The notes under the pieces were generated by a model that worked only from the letters and a program-made list of their open reading frames with translations, was not told the DNA's origin and did no database searches. Made by a program: the position numbers and the translations under genes. From the NCBI RefSeq assembly GCF_009914755.1, contig NC_060945.1: 64,000 nt of DNA; one strand, written 5' to 3'. The stretch's first letter is position 1. The number at the start of each line of letters is the position of its first letter. This DNA comes from the human T2T-CHM13v2.0 reference genome, Homo sapiens. Of this stretch, positions 32,701 to 49,700 are shown one piece after another.

Positions 32701-34769
32701 AAAGTACCCAAAGTATACATTATATACTGTACATAAAATATGAAATTACATCAAATATATATTATATTAGGTACATAAAATATGAAAGTACATCAAATAT
32801 AGATTATATACTGTACATTAAATACCAAAGTACCCCAAATATATATTTTATACTGTACATGAAATATCAAAGTTCACACACTATATATTATATACTGTAC
32901 ATAAAATATCAAAGTACCCAAGGTATATATTCTATACTGTACAAAAAATATCAAAGTACCCAAAGCATGTATTATATACTGTATATAAAATATGAAAGTA
33001 CATCAAATATATATTTTATTCTGTACATAAAATATCAAAGTACACCAGATATATATTCTATAGTGTACATAAAATAAAAAAGTACACAAACTATAAATTA
33101 TATACTGTACGTAAAATATGAAATTACATCAAATATATATTAGGTACATAAAATATGAAAGTACATCAAATATAGATTATATACTGTACATATAATATCA
33201 ATGTACCCCAAATATATATTTTATACTCTACATGAAATATCAAAGTTCAGAAACCATATATTATATACTGTACATAAAATATCAAAGTACCCAAGGTATA
33301 TATTCTATACTGTACAAAAAATATCAAAGTACCCAAAGCATGTATTATATACTGTACATAAAATATGAAAGCACATCAAATATATATTTTATTCTGTACA
33401 TAAAACATCAAAGTACACCAGATATATATTCTATACTGTACAAAAAATATCAAAGTACCCAAAGCATGTATTATATACTGTACATAAAATATGAAATTAC
33501 ATCAAATATATATTATATTAGGTACATAAAATATGAAAGCACATCAAATATAGATTATATACTGTACATTAAATACCAAAGTAACACAAATATATATTTT
33601 ATACTGTACATCAAATATCAAAGTTCACAAACTATATATATATATACTGTACATAAAATATCAAAGTACCCAAGGTATGTATTCTATACTGTATAAAAAA
33701 TATCAAAGTACCCAAAGCATGTATTATATACTGTACATAAAATATGAAAGTACATCAATTATATTTTATTCTGTACATAAAATATCAAAGTACACCAGAT
33801 ATATATTCTATAGTGTACATAAAATATCAAAGTACCCAAACTATACATTATATACTGTACATAAAATATGAAATTACATCAAATATATATTATATTAGGT
33901 ACATAAAATATGAAAGTATATCAAATATAGATTATATACTGTACATTAAATACCAAAGTACCCCAAATATATATTTTATACTGTACATCAAATATCAATG
34001 TTCACAAACTATATATTATATACTGTACATAAAATATCAAAGTACCCATAGTATATATTCTACACTGTACAAAAAATATCAAAGTACCCAAAGCAAGTAT
34101 TATATACTGTATATTAAATATGAAAGTACATCACATACATATTTTATTCTGTACATAAAATATCAAAGTACACCAGATATATATTCTATAGTGTACATAA
34201 AATAACAAAGTTCAAAAATTATAAATTATATGCTGTACATAAAATATGAAATTACATCAAATATATATTAGGTACATAAAATATGAAAGTACATCAAATA
34301 TAGATTATATACTGTACATAAAATATCAATGTACCCCAAATATATATTTTATACTCTACATGAAATATGAAAGTTCACAAACCATATATTATATGCTGTA
34401 CATAAAATATCAAAGTACCCAAGGTATATATTCTATACTGTACAAAAAATATCAAAGTACCCAAAGCATGTATTATATACTGTACATAAAATATGAAAGT
34501 ACATCAAATATATATTTTATTCTGTACATAAAATATCAAAGTACACCAGATATATATTCTATAGTGTACATAAAATATCAACGTACCCAAACTCTACATT
34601 ATATACTGTACATAAAATATGAAATTACATCAAATATATATTATATTAGGTACATAAAATATGAAAGTACATCAAATATAGATTATATACTGTACATAAA
34701 ATATCAAAGTGCCCCAAATATATATTATATACTGTACATGAAATATCAAAGTTCACAAACTATATATTA

Positions 34770-37700
34770 TATACTGTAGATAAAATATCAAAGTACCCAA
34801 GGTATATATTCTATACTGTACAAAAAATATCAAAGTACCCAAAGCATGTATTATATACTGTACATAAAATATGAAAGTACATCAAATATATATTTTATTC
34901 TGTACATAAAATAACAAAGTACACCAGATATATATTTTATAGTGTACATAAAATATGAAATTACCCAAACTATACATTACATACTGTACATAAAATATGG
35001 AATTACATCAGATATATATTATATTAGGTACGTAAAATATGAAAGTACATCAAATATAGATTATATACCATACATAAAATATAAAGGAACCCCAAATATA
35101 TATGATATACTGTTCATGAAATATCAAAGTTCACAAACTATATATTATATACTGTAGATAAAATATCAAAGTACCCAAGGTATATATTCTATACTGTAAA
35201 AAAAAATCAAAGTACCCAAAGCATGTATTATATACTGTACATAAAATATGGAATTACATCAAATATATATTATATTAGGTACGTAAAATATGATAGTACA
35301 ACAAATATAGATTATATACCATACATAAAATATAAAGGAACCCCAAATATATATGATATACTGTACATGAAATATCAAAGTTCACAAACTATATATTATA
35401 TACTGTAGATAAAATATCAAAGTACCCAAGGTATATATTCTATACTGTAAAAAAAATATCAAAGTACCCAAAGCATGTATTATATACTGTACATAAAATA
35501 TGAAAGCACATCAAATATGTATTATATTAGGTACATAAAATATGAAAGTACATAAAATATAGATGATATACTGTACATAAAATATCAAAGTAGCCCAAAT
35601 ATATATTATACAGTGTACATGAAATATCAAAATTTACGAAATATATATTATATAATGTACATAAAATATCAAAGTACCCAAAGCAAGTATTATATACGGT
35701 ACATAAAAGATGAAATTACATCAAATATATATTTTATTCTGTACATAAAATATCAAAGTACACCAGATATATATTTTATAGTGTACATAAAATATCAAGG
35801 TGCCCAAACTATAGATTATATACTGTACATAAAATATGAAATTACATCAAATATATATTATATTAGGTACGTAAAATATGAAAGTACGTCAAATATAGAT
35901 TATATACTGTACATAATATATAAAAGAACCCCAACTATATATTATATACTGTACATGAAATATCAAAATACACAAACTATATATTATATACTGTACATAA
36001 AATATCAAAGCACCCAAGGTATATATTCTATACTGTACAGAAAATATCAAAGTACCCAAAGCATGTATTATATACTGTACATAAAATATGAAAGTACATC
36101 AAATATATATTTTATTCTGTACATAAAATAACAAAGTACACCAGATATATATTTTATAGTGTACATAAAATATCAAAGTACCCAAACTATACATTACATA
36201 CTGTACATAAAATATGGAATTACATCAAATATATATTATATTAGGTACGTAAAATATGAAAGTACATCAAATATAGATTATATACCGTACATAAAATATA
36301 AAGGAACCCCAAATATATAGGATATACTGTACATGAAATATCAAAGTTCACAAACTATATATTATATACTGTAGATAAAATATCAAAGTACCCAAGGTAT
36401 ATATTCTATACTGTATAAAAAATATCAAAGTACCCAAAGCATGTATTATATACTGTACATAAAAGATGAAAGTACATCAAATATATATTTTATTCTGTAC
36501 ATAAAATAACAAAGTACACCAGATATATATTTTATAGTGTACATAAAATATGAAATTACCCAAACTATACATTACATACTGTACATAAAATATGGAATTA
36601 CATCAAATATATATTATATTAGGTATGTAAAATATGAAAGTACATCAAATATAGATTATATACCATACATAAAATATAAAGGAACCCCAAATATATATGA
36701 TATACTGTACATGAAATATCAAAGTACCCAAGGTATATATTCTATAATGTAAAAAAAATATCAAAGCACCCAAAGCATGTATTATATACTGTACATAAAA
36801 TATGAAAGTACATCAAATATATATTTTATTCTGTACATAAAATATCAAAGTACACCAGATATATATTTTATAGTGTACATAAAATATCAAGGTACCCAAA
36901 CTATACATTATATACTGTACATAAAATATGAAATTACATCAAATATATATTATATTAGGTACGTAAAATATGAAAGTACATCAAATATAGACTATATACT
37001 GTACATAATATATAAAAGAACCCCAAATATATATTATATACTGTACATGATGTATCAAAATACACAAACTATATATTATATACTGTACATAAAATATCAA
37101 AGTACCCAAGGTATATATTCTATACTGTACAAAAAATATCAAAGTACCCAAAGCATGTATTATATACTGTACATAAAATATGAAAGTACATCAAATATAT
37201 ATTATATTAGGTACGTAAAATATGAAAGTACATCAAATATAGATTATATACCATACATAAAATATAAAGGAACCCCAAATATATATGATATACTGTACAT
37301 GAAATATCAAAGTTCACAAACTATATATTATATACTGTAGATAAAATATCAAAGTACCCAAGGTATATATTCTATACTGTAAAAAAAAATCAAAGTACCC
37401 AAAGCATGTATTATATACTGTACATAAAATATGAAGGCACATCAAATATATATTATATTAGGTACATAAAATATGAAAGTACATAAAATATAGATGATAT
37501 ACTGTACATAAAATATCAAAGTAGCCCAAATATATATTATACAGTGTACATGAAATATCAAAATTTACAAAACATATATTATATAATGTACATAAAATAT
37601 CAAAGTACCCAAAGCAAGTATTATATACTGTACATAAAAGATGAAAGTACATCAAATATATATTTTATTCTGTACATAAAATATCAAAGTACACCAGATA

Positions 37701-40700
37701 TATATTTTATAGTGTACATAAAATATCAAGGTACCCAAACTATACATTATATACTGTACATAAAATATGAAATTACATCAAATATATATTATATTAGGTA
37801 CGTAAAATATGAAAGTACATCAAATATAGATTATATACTGTACATAATATATAAAAGAACCCCAAATATATATTATATACTGTACATGAAGTATCAAAAT
37901 ACACAAACTATATATTATATACTGTAGATAAAATATCAAAGTACCCAAGGTATATATTCTATACTGTACAAAAAATATCAAAGTACCCAAAGCATGTATT
38001 ATATACTGTATATAAAATATGAAAGTACATCAAATATATATTTTATTCTGTACATAAAATAACAAAGTATACCAGATATATATTTTATAGTGTACATAAA
38101 ATATCAAAGTACCCAAACTATACATTACATACTGTACATAAAATATGGAATTACATCAAATATATATTATATTAGGTACGTAAAATATGAAAGTACATCA
38201 AATATAGATTATATACCATACATAAAATCTAAAGGAACCCCAAATATATATGATATACTGTACATGAAATTTCAAAGTTCACAAACTATATATTATATAC
38301 TGTAGATAAAATATCAAAGTACCCAAGGTATATATTCTATACTGTAAAAAAAAACCAAAGTACCCAAAGCATGTATTATATACTGTACATAAAATATGAA
38401 AGTACATCAAATATATATTTTATTCTGTACATAAAATAACAAAGTACACCAGATATATATTTTATAGTGTACATAAAATATGAAATTACCCAAACTATAC
38501 ATTACATACTGTACATAAAATATGGAATTACATCTAATATATATTATATTAGGTACGTAAAATATGAAAGTACATCAAATATAGATTATATACCATACAT
38601 AAAATATAAAGGAACCCCAAATATATATGATATACTGTACATGAAATATCAAAGTTCACAAACTATATATTATATACTGTAGATAAAATTTCAAAGTACC
38701 CAAGGTATATATTCTATATTGTAAAAAAAATATCAAAGTACCCAAAGCATGTATTATATACTGTACATAAAATATGAACGCACATCAAATATATATTATA
38801 TTAGGTACATAAAATATGAAAGTACATAAAATATAGATGATATACTGTACATAAAATATCAAAGTAGCCCAAATATATATTATACAGTGTACATGAAATA
38901 TCAAAATTTACGAAATATATATTATATAATGTACATAAAATATGAAAGTACACAAAGCAAGTATTATATACTGTACATAAAAGATGAAATTACATCAAAT
39001 ATATATTTTATTCTGTACATAAAATATCAAAGTACACCAGATATATATTTTATAGTGTACATAAAATATCAAGGTACCCAAACTATACATTATATACTGT
39101 ACATAAAATATGAAATTACATCAAATATATATTATATTAGGTACATAAAATATGAAAGTACATCAAATATAGATTATATACTGTACATAATATATAAAAG
39201 AACCCCAACTATATATTATATACTGTACATGAAATATCAAAATACACAAACTATATATTATATACTGTACATAAAATATCAAAGCACCCAAGGTATATAT
39301 TCTATACTATACAAAAAATATCAAAGTACCCAAAGCATGTATTATATACTGTACATAAAATATGAAAGTACATCAAATATATATTTTATTCTGTATATAA
39401 AATAACAAAGTACACCAGATATATATTTTATAGTGTACATAAAATATCAAAGTACCCAAACTATACATTACATACTGTACATAAAATATGGAATTACATC
39501 AAATATATATTATATTAGGTACGTAAAATATGAAAGTACATCAAATATAGATTATATACCATACATAAAATATAAAGGAACCCCAAATATATAGGATATA
39601 CTGTACATGAAATATCAAAGTTCATAAACTATATATTATATACTGTAGATAAAATATCAAAGTACCCAAGGTATATATTCTATACTGTATAAAAAATATC
39701 AAAGTACCCAAAGCATGTATTATATACTGTACATAAAAGATGAAAGTACATCAAATATATATTTTATTCTGTACATAAAATAACAAAGTACACCAGATAT
39801 ATATTTTATAGTGTACATAAAATATGAAATTACCCAAACTATACATTACATACTGTACATAAAATATGGAATTACATCAAATATATATTATATTAGGTAC
39901 GTAAAATATGAAAGTACATCAAATATAGATTATATACCATACATAAAATATAAAGGAACCCCAAATATATATGATATACTGTACATGAAATATCAAAGTT
40001 CACAAACTATATATTATATACTGTAGATAAAATATCAAAGTACCCAAGGTATATATTCTATACTGTAAAAAAAATATCAAAGCACCCAAAGCATGTATTA
40101 TATACTGTACATAAAATATGAAAGCACATCAAATATATATTATATTAGGTACATAAAATATGAAAGTACATAAAATATAGATGATATACTGTACATAAAA
40201 TATCAAAGTAGCCCAAATATATATTATACAGTGTACATGAAATATCAAAATTTACAAAATATATATTATATAATGTACATAAAATATCAAAGTACCCAAA
40301 GCAAGTATTATATACTGTACATAAAAGATGAAAGTACATCAAATATATATTTTATTCTGTACATAAAATATCAAAGTACACCAGATATATATTTTATAGT
40401 GTACATAAAATATCAAGGTACCCAAACTATACATTATATACTGTACATAAAATATGAAATTACATCAAATATATATTATATTAGGTACGTAAAATATGAA
40501 AGTACATCAAATATAGATTATATACTGTACATAATATATAAAAGAACCCCAACTATATATTATATACTGTACATGAAATATCAAAATACACAAACTATAT
40601 ATTATATACTGTACATAAAATATCAAAGTACCCAAGGTATATATTCTATACTGTACAAAAAATATCAAAGTACCCAAAGCATGTATTATATACTGTACAT

Positions 40701-43700
40701 AAAATATGAAAGTACATCAAATATATATTTTATTCTGTACATAAAATAACAAAGTACACCAGATATATATTTTATAGTGTACATAAAATATCAAAGTACC
40801 CAAACTATACATTACATACTGTACATAAAATATGGAATTACATCAAATATATATTATATTAGGTACGTAAAATATGAAAGTACATCAAATATAGATTATA
40901 TACCATACATAAAATCTAAAGGAACCCCAAATATATATGATATACTGTACATGAAATTTCAAAGTTCACAAACTATATATTATATACTGTAGATAAAATA
41001 TCAAAGTACCCAAGGTATATATTCTATACTGTAAAAAAAATATCAAAGTACCCAAAGCATGTATTATATACTGTACATAAAATATGAAAGTACATCAAAT
41101 ATATATTTTATTCTGTACATAAAATAACAAAGTACACCAGATATATATTTTATAGTGTACATAAAATATGAAATTACCCAAACTATACATTACATACTGT
41201 ACATAAAATATGGAATTACATCTAATATATATTATATTAGGTACGTAAAATATGAAAGTACATCAAATATAGATTATATACCATACATAAAATATAAAGG
41301 AACCCCAAATATATATGATATACTGTACATGAAATATCAAAGTTCACAAACTATATATTATATACTGTAGATAAAATATCAAAGTACCCAAGGTATATAT
41401 TCTATACTGTAAAAAAAATAACAAAGTACCCAAAGCATGTATTATATACTGTACATAAAATATGCAAGTACATCAAATATATATTTTATTCTGTACATAA
41501 AATAACAAAGTACACCAGATATATATTTTATAGTGTACATAAAATATGAAATTACCCAAACTATACATTACATACTGTACATAAAATATGGAATTACATC
41601 AAATATATATTATATTAGGTACGTAAAATATGAAAGTACATCAAATATAGATTATATACCATACATAAAATCTAAAGGAACCCCAAATATATATGATATA
41701 CTGTACATGAAATTTCAAAGTTCACAAACTATATATTATATACTGTAGATAAAATATCAAAGTACCCAAGGTATATATTCTATACTGTAAAAAAAATATC
41801 AAAGTACCCAAAGCATGTATTATATACTGTACATAAAATATGAAAGTACATCAAATATATATTTTATTCTGTACATAAAATAACAAAGTACACCAGATAT
41901 ATATTTTATAGTGTACATAAAATATGAAATTACCCAAACTATACATTACATACTGTACATAAAATATGGAATTACATCTAATATATATTATATTAGGTAC
42001 GTAAAATATGAAAGTACATCAAATATAGATTATATACCATACATAAAATATAAAGGAATCCCAAATATATATGATATACTGTACATGAAATATCAAAGTT
42101 CACAAACTATATATTATATACTGTAGATAAAATATCAAAGTACCCAAGGTATATATTCTATACTGTAAAAAAAATATCAAAGTACCCAAAGCATGTATTA
42201 TATACTGTACATAAAATATGAAAGCACATCAAATATATATTATATTAGGTACATAAAATATGAAAGTACATAAAATATAGATGATATACTGTACATAAAA
42301 TATCAAAGTAGCCCAAATATATATTATACAGTGTACATGAAATATCAAAATTTACAAAATATATATTATATAATGTACATAAAATATCAAAGTACCCAAA
42401 GCAAGTATTATATACTGTACATAAAAGATGAAAGTACATCAAATATATATTTTATTCTGTACATAAAATATCAAAGTACACCAGAAATATATTTTATAGT
42501 GTACATAAAATATCAAGGTACCCAAACTATACATTATATACTGTACATAAAATATGAAATTACATCAAATATATATTATATTAGGTACGTAAAATATGAA
42601 AGTACATCAAATATAGATTATATACTGTACATAATATATAAAAGAACCCCAACTATATATTATATACTGTACATGAAATATCAAAATACACAAACTATAT
42701 ATTATATACTGTACATAAAATATCAAAGTACCCAAGGTATATATCCTATACTGTACAAAAAATATCAAAGTACCCAAAGCATGTATTATATACTGTACAT
42801 AAAATATGAAAGTACATCAAATATATATTTTATTCTGTACATAAAATAACAAAGTACACCAGATATATATTTTATAGTGTACATAAAATATCAAATTACC
42901 CAAACTATACATTACATACTGTACATAAAATATGGAATTACATCAAATATATATTATATTAGGTACGTAAAATATGATAGTACAACAAATATAGATTATA
43001 TACCATACATAAAATATAAAGGAACCCCAAATATATATGATATACTGTACATGAAATATCAAAGTTCACAAACTATATATTATATACTGTAGATAAAATA
43101 TCAAAGTACCCAAGGTATATATTCTATACTGTAAAAAAAATATCAAAGTACCCAAAGCATGTATTATATACTGTACATAAAATATGAAAGCACATCAAAT
43201 ATATATTATATTAGGTACATAAAATATGAAAGTACATAAAATATAGATGATATACTGTACATAAAATATCAAAGTAGCCCAAATATATATTGTACAGTGT
43301 ACATGAAATATCAAAATTTACGAAATATATATTATATAATGTACATAAAATATCAAAATACCCAAAGCAAGTATTATATACTGTACATAAAAGATGATAT
43401 TACATCAAATATATATTTTATTCTGTACATAAAATATCAAAGTACACCAGATATATATTTTATAGTGTACATAAAATATCAAGGTACCCAAACTATACAT
43501 TATATACTGTACATAAAATATGAAATTACATCAAATATATATTATATTAGGTACGTAAAATATGAAAGTACATCAAATATAGATTATATACTGTACATAA
43601 TATATAAAAGAACCCCAACTATATATTATATACTGTACATGAAATATCAAAATACACAAACTATATATTATATACTGTACATAAAATATCAAAGTACCCA

Positions 43701-46700
43701 AGGTATATATTCTATACTGTACAAAAAATATCAAAGTACCCAAAGCATGTATTATATACTGTACATGAAATATGAAAGTACATCAAATATATATTTTATT
43801 CTGTACATAAAATAACAAAGTACACCAGATATATATTTTATAGTGTACATAATATATCAAAGTACCCAAACTATACATTACATACTGTACATAAAATATG
43901 GAATTACATCAAATATATATTATATTAGGTACGTAAAATATGAAAGTACATCAAATATAGATTATATACCATACATAAAATATAAAGGAACCCCAAATAT
44001 ATATGATATACTGTACATGAAATATCAAAGTTCACAAACTATATATTATATACTGTACATAAAATATCAAAGTACCCAAGGTATATATTCTATACTGTAC
44101 AAAAAATATCAAAGTACCCAAAGCATGTATTATATACTGTACCTAAAATATGAAAGTACATCAAATATATATTTTATTCTGTACATAAAATAACAAAGTA
44201 CACCAGATATATATTTTATAGTGTACATAAAATATGAAATTACCCAAACTATACATTACATACTGTACATAAAATATGGAATTACATCAAATATATATTA
44301 TATTAGGTACGTAAAATATGAAAGTACATCAAATATAGATTATATACCATACATAAAATATAAAGGAACCCCAAATATATATGATATACTGTACATGAAA
44401 TATCAAAGTTCACAAACTATATATTATATACTGTAGATAAAATTTCAAAGTACCCAAGGTATATATTCTATATTGTAAAAAAAATATCAAAGTACCCAAA
44501 GCATGTATTATATACTGTACATAAAATATGAACGCACATCAAATATATATTATATTAGGTACATAAAATATGAAAGTACATAAAATATAGATGATATACT
44601 GTACATAAAATATCAAAGTAGCCCAAATATATATTATACAGTGTACATGAAATATCAAAATTTACGAAATATATATTATATAATGTACATAAAATATGAA
44701 AGTACACAAAGCAAGTATTATATACTGTACATAAAAGATGAAATTACATCAAATATATATTTTATTCTGTACATAAAATATCAAAGTACACCAGATATAT
44801 ATTTTATAGTGTACATAAAATATCAAGGTACCCAAACTATACATTATATACTGTACATAAAATATGAAATTACATCAAATATATATTATATTAGGTACAT
44901 AAAATATGAAAGTACATCAAATATAGATTATATACTGTACATAATATATAAAAGAACCCCAACTATATATTATATACTGTACATGAAATATCAAAATACA
45001 CAAACTATATATTATATACTGTACATAAAATATCAAAGCACCCAAGGTATATATTCTATACTATACAAAAAATATCAAAGTACCCAAAGCATGTATTATA
45101 TACTGTACATAAAATATGAAAGTACATCAAATATATATTTTATTCTGTATATAAAATAACAAAGTACACCAGATATATATTTTATAGTGTACATAAAATA
45201 TCAAAGTACCCAAACTATACATTACATACTGTACATAAAATATGGAATTACATCAAATATATATTATATTAGGTACGTAAAATATGAAAGTACATCAAAT
45301 ATAGATTATATACCATACATAAAATATAAAGGAACCCCAAATATATAGGATATACTGTACATGAAATATCAAAGTTCATAAACTATATATTATATACTGT
45401 AGATAAAATATCAAAGTACCCAAGGTATATATTCTATACTGTATAAAAAATATCAAAGTACCCAAAGCATGTATTATATACTGTACATAAAAGATGAAAG
45501 TACATCAAATATATATTTTATTCTGTACATAAAATAACAAAGTACACCAGATATATATTTTATAGTGTACATAAAATATGAAATTACCCAAACTATACAT
45601 TACATACTGTACATAAAATATGGAATTACATCAAATATATATTATATTAGGTACGTAAAATATGAAAGTACATCAAATATAGATTATATACCATACATAA
45701 AATATAAAGGAACCCCAAATATATATGATATACTGTACATGAAATATCAAAGTTCACAAACTATATATTATATACTGTAGATAAAATATCAAAGTACCCA
45801 AGGTATATATTCTATACTGTAAAAAAAATATCAAAGCACCCAAAGCATGTATTATATACTGTACATAAAATATGAAAGCACATCAAATATATATTATATT
45901 AGGTACATAAAATATGAAAGTACATAAAATATAGATGATATACTGTACATAAAATATCAAAGTAGCCCAAATATATATTATACAGTGTACATGAAATATC
46001 AAAATTTACAAAATATATATTATATAATGTACATAAAATATCAAAGTACCCAAAGCAAGTATTATATACTGTACATAAAAGATGAAAGTACATCAAATAT
46101 ATATTTTATTCTGTACATAAAATATCAAAGTACACCAGATATATATTTTATAGTGTACATAAAATATCAAGGTACCCAAACTATACATTATATACTGTAC
46201 ATAAAATATGAAATTACATCAAATATATATTATATTAGGTACGTAAAATATGAAAGTACATCAAATATAGATTATATACTGTACATAATATATAAAAGAA
46301 CCCCAACTATATATTATATACTGTACATGAAATATCAAAATACACAAACTATATATTATATACTGTACATAAAATATCAAAGTACCCAAGGTATATATTC
46401 TATACTGTACAAAAAATATCAAAGTACCCAAAGCATGTATTATATACTGTACATAAAATATGAAAGTACATCAAATATATATTTTATTCTGTACATAAAA
46501 TAACAAAGTACACCAGATATATATTTTATAGTGTACATAAAATATCAAAGTACCCAAACTATACATTACATACTGTACATAAAATATGGAATTACATCAA
46601 ATATATATTATATTAGGTACGTAAAATATGAAAGTACATCAAATATAGATTATATACCATACATAAAATCTAAAGGAACCCCAAATATATATGATATACT

Positions 46701-49700
46701 GTACATGAAATTTCAAAGTTCACAAACTATATATTATATACTGTAGATAAAATATCAAAGTACCCAAGGTATATATTCTATACTGTAAAAAAAATATCAA
46801 AGTACCCAAAGCATGTATTATATACTGTACATAAAATATGAAAGTACATCAAATATATATTTTATTCTGTACATAAAATAACAAAGTACACCAGATATAT
46901 ATTTTATAGTGTACATAAAATATGAAATTACCCAAACTATACATTACATACTGTACATAAAATATGGAATTACATCTAATATATATTATATTAGGTACGT
47001 AAAATATGAAAGTACATCAAATATAGATTATATACCATACATAAAATATAAAGGAACCCCAAATATATATGATATACTGTACATGAAATATCAAAGTTCA
47101 CAAACTATATATTATATACTGTAGATAAAATATCAAAGTACCCAAGGTATATATTCTATACTGTAAAAAAAATAACAAAGTACCCAAAGCATGTATTATA
47201 TACTGTACATAAAATATGCAAGTACATCAAATATATATTTTATTCTGTACATAAAATAACAAAGTACACCAGATATATATTTTATAGTGTACATAAAATA
47301 TGAAATTACCCAAACTATACATTACATACTGTACATAAAATATGGAATTACATCAAATATATATTATATTAGGTACGTAAAATATGAAAGTACATCAAAT
47401 ATAGATTATATACCATACATAAAATCTAAAGGAACCCCAAATATATATGATATACTGTACATGAAATTTCAAAGTTCACAAACTATATATTATATACTGT
47501 AGATAAAATATCAAAGTACCCAAGGTATATATTCTATACTGTAAAAAAAATATCAAAGTACCCAAAGCATGTATTATATACTGTACATAAAATATGAAAG
47601 TACATCAAATATATATTTTATTCTGTACATAAAATAACAAAGTACACCAGATATATATTTTATAGTGTACATAAAATATGAAATTACCCAAACTATACAT
47701 TACATACTGTACATAAAATATGGAATTACATCTAATATATATTATATTAGGTACGTAAAATATGAAAGTACATCAAATATAGATTATATACCATACATAA
47801 AATATAAAGGAATCCCAAATATATATGATATACTGTACATGAAATATCAAAGTTCACAAACTATATATTATATACTGTAGATAAAATATCAAAGTACCCA
47901 AGGTATATATTCTATACTGTAAAAAAAATATCAAAGTACCCAAAGCATGTATTATATACTGTACATAAAATATGAAAGCACATCAAATATATATTATATT
48001 AGGTACATAAAATATGAAAGTACATAAAATATAGATGATATACTGTACATAAAATATCAAAGTAGCCCAAATATATATTATACAGTGTACATGAAATATC
48101 AAAATTTACAAAATATATATTATATAATGTACATAAAATATCAAAGTACCCAAAGCAAGTATTATATACTGTACATAAAAGATGAAAGTACATCAAATAT
48201 ATATTTTATTCTGTACATAAAATATCAAAGTACACCAGAAATATATTTTATAGTGTACATAAAATATCAAGGTACCCAAACTATACATTATATACTGTAC
48301 ATAAAATATGAAATTACATCAAATATATATTATATTAGGTACGTAAAATATGAAAGTACATCAAATATAGATTATATACTGTACATAATATATAAAAGAA
48401 CCCCAACTATATATTATATACTGTACATGAAATATCAAAATACACAAACTATATATTATATACTGTACATAAAATATCAAAGTACCCAAGGTATATATCC
48501 TATACTGTACAAAAAATATCAAAGTACCCAAAGCATGTATTATATACTGTACATAAAATATGAAAGTACATCAAATATATATTTTATTCTGTACATAAAA
48601 TAACAAAGTACACCAGATATATATTTTATAGTGTACATAAAATATCAAATTACCCAAACTATACATTACATACTGTACATAAAATATGGAATTACATCAA
48701 ATATATATTATATTAGGTACGTAAAATATGATAGTACAACAAATATAGATTATATACCATACATAAAATATAAAGGAACCCCAAATATATATGATATACT
48801 GTACATGAAATATCAAAGTTCACAAACTATATATTATATACTGTAGATAAAATATCAAAGTACCCAAGGTATATATTCTATACTGTAAAAAAAAATCAAA
48901 GTACCCAAAGCATGTATTATATACTGTACATAAAATATGAAAGCACATCAAATATATATTATATTAGGTACATAAAATATGAAAGTACATAAAATATAGA
49001 TGATATACTGTACATAAAATATCAAAGTAGCCCAAATATATATTGTACAGTGTACATGAAATATCAAAATTTACGAAATATATATTATATAATGTACATA
49101 AAATATCAAAATACCCAAAGCAAGTATTATATACTGTACATAAAAGATGATATTACATCAAATATATATTTTATTCTGTACATAAAATATCAAAGTACAC
49201 CAGATATATATTTTATAGTGTACATAAAATATCAAGGTACCCAAACTATACATTATATACTGTACATAAAATATGAAATTACATCAAATATATATTATAT
49301 TAGGTACGTAAAATATGAAAGTACATCAAATATAGATTATATACTGTACATAATATATAAAAGAACCCCAACTATATATTATATACTGTACATGAAATAT
49401 CAAAATACACAAACTATATATTATATACTGTACATAAAATATCAAAGTACCCAAGGTATATATTCTATACTGTACAAAAAATACCAAAGTACCCAAAGCA
49501 TGTATTATATACTGTACATGAAATATGAAAGTACATCAAATATATATTTTATTCTGTACATAAAATAACAAAGTACACCAGATATATATTTTATAGTGTA
49601 CATAATATATCAAAGTACCCAAACTATACATTACATACTGTACATAAAATATGGAATTACATCAAATATATATTATATTAGGTACGTAAAATATGAAAGT

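Larger units (their letters stand above)
1..34770 (+). repeat. Domain A (left): canonical 9-mer HORs mixing 378-bp and 373-bp (5-bp deletion) units
   Basis: AATATATATTATATTAGG alternates with AATATATATTAGG. ORF starts 2227/2600/2973/3346 are 373 bp apart. The last 373-type unit before domain B is at about 34265. Confidence 0.85.
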
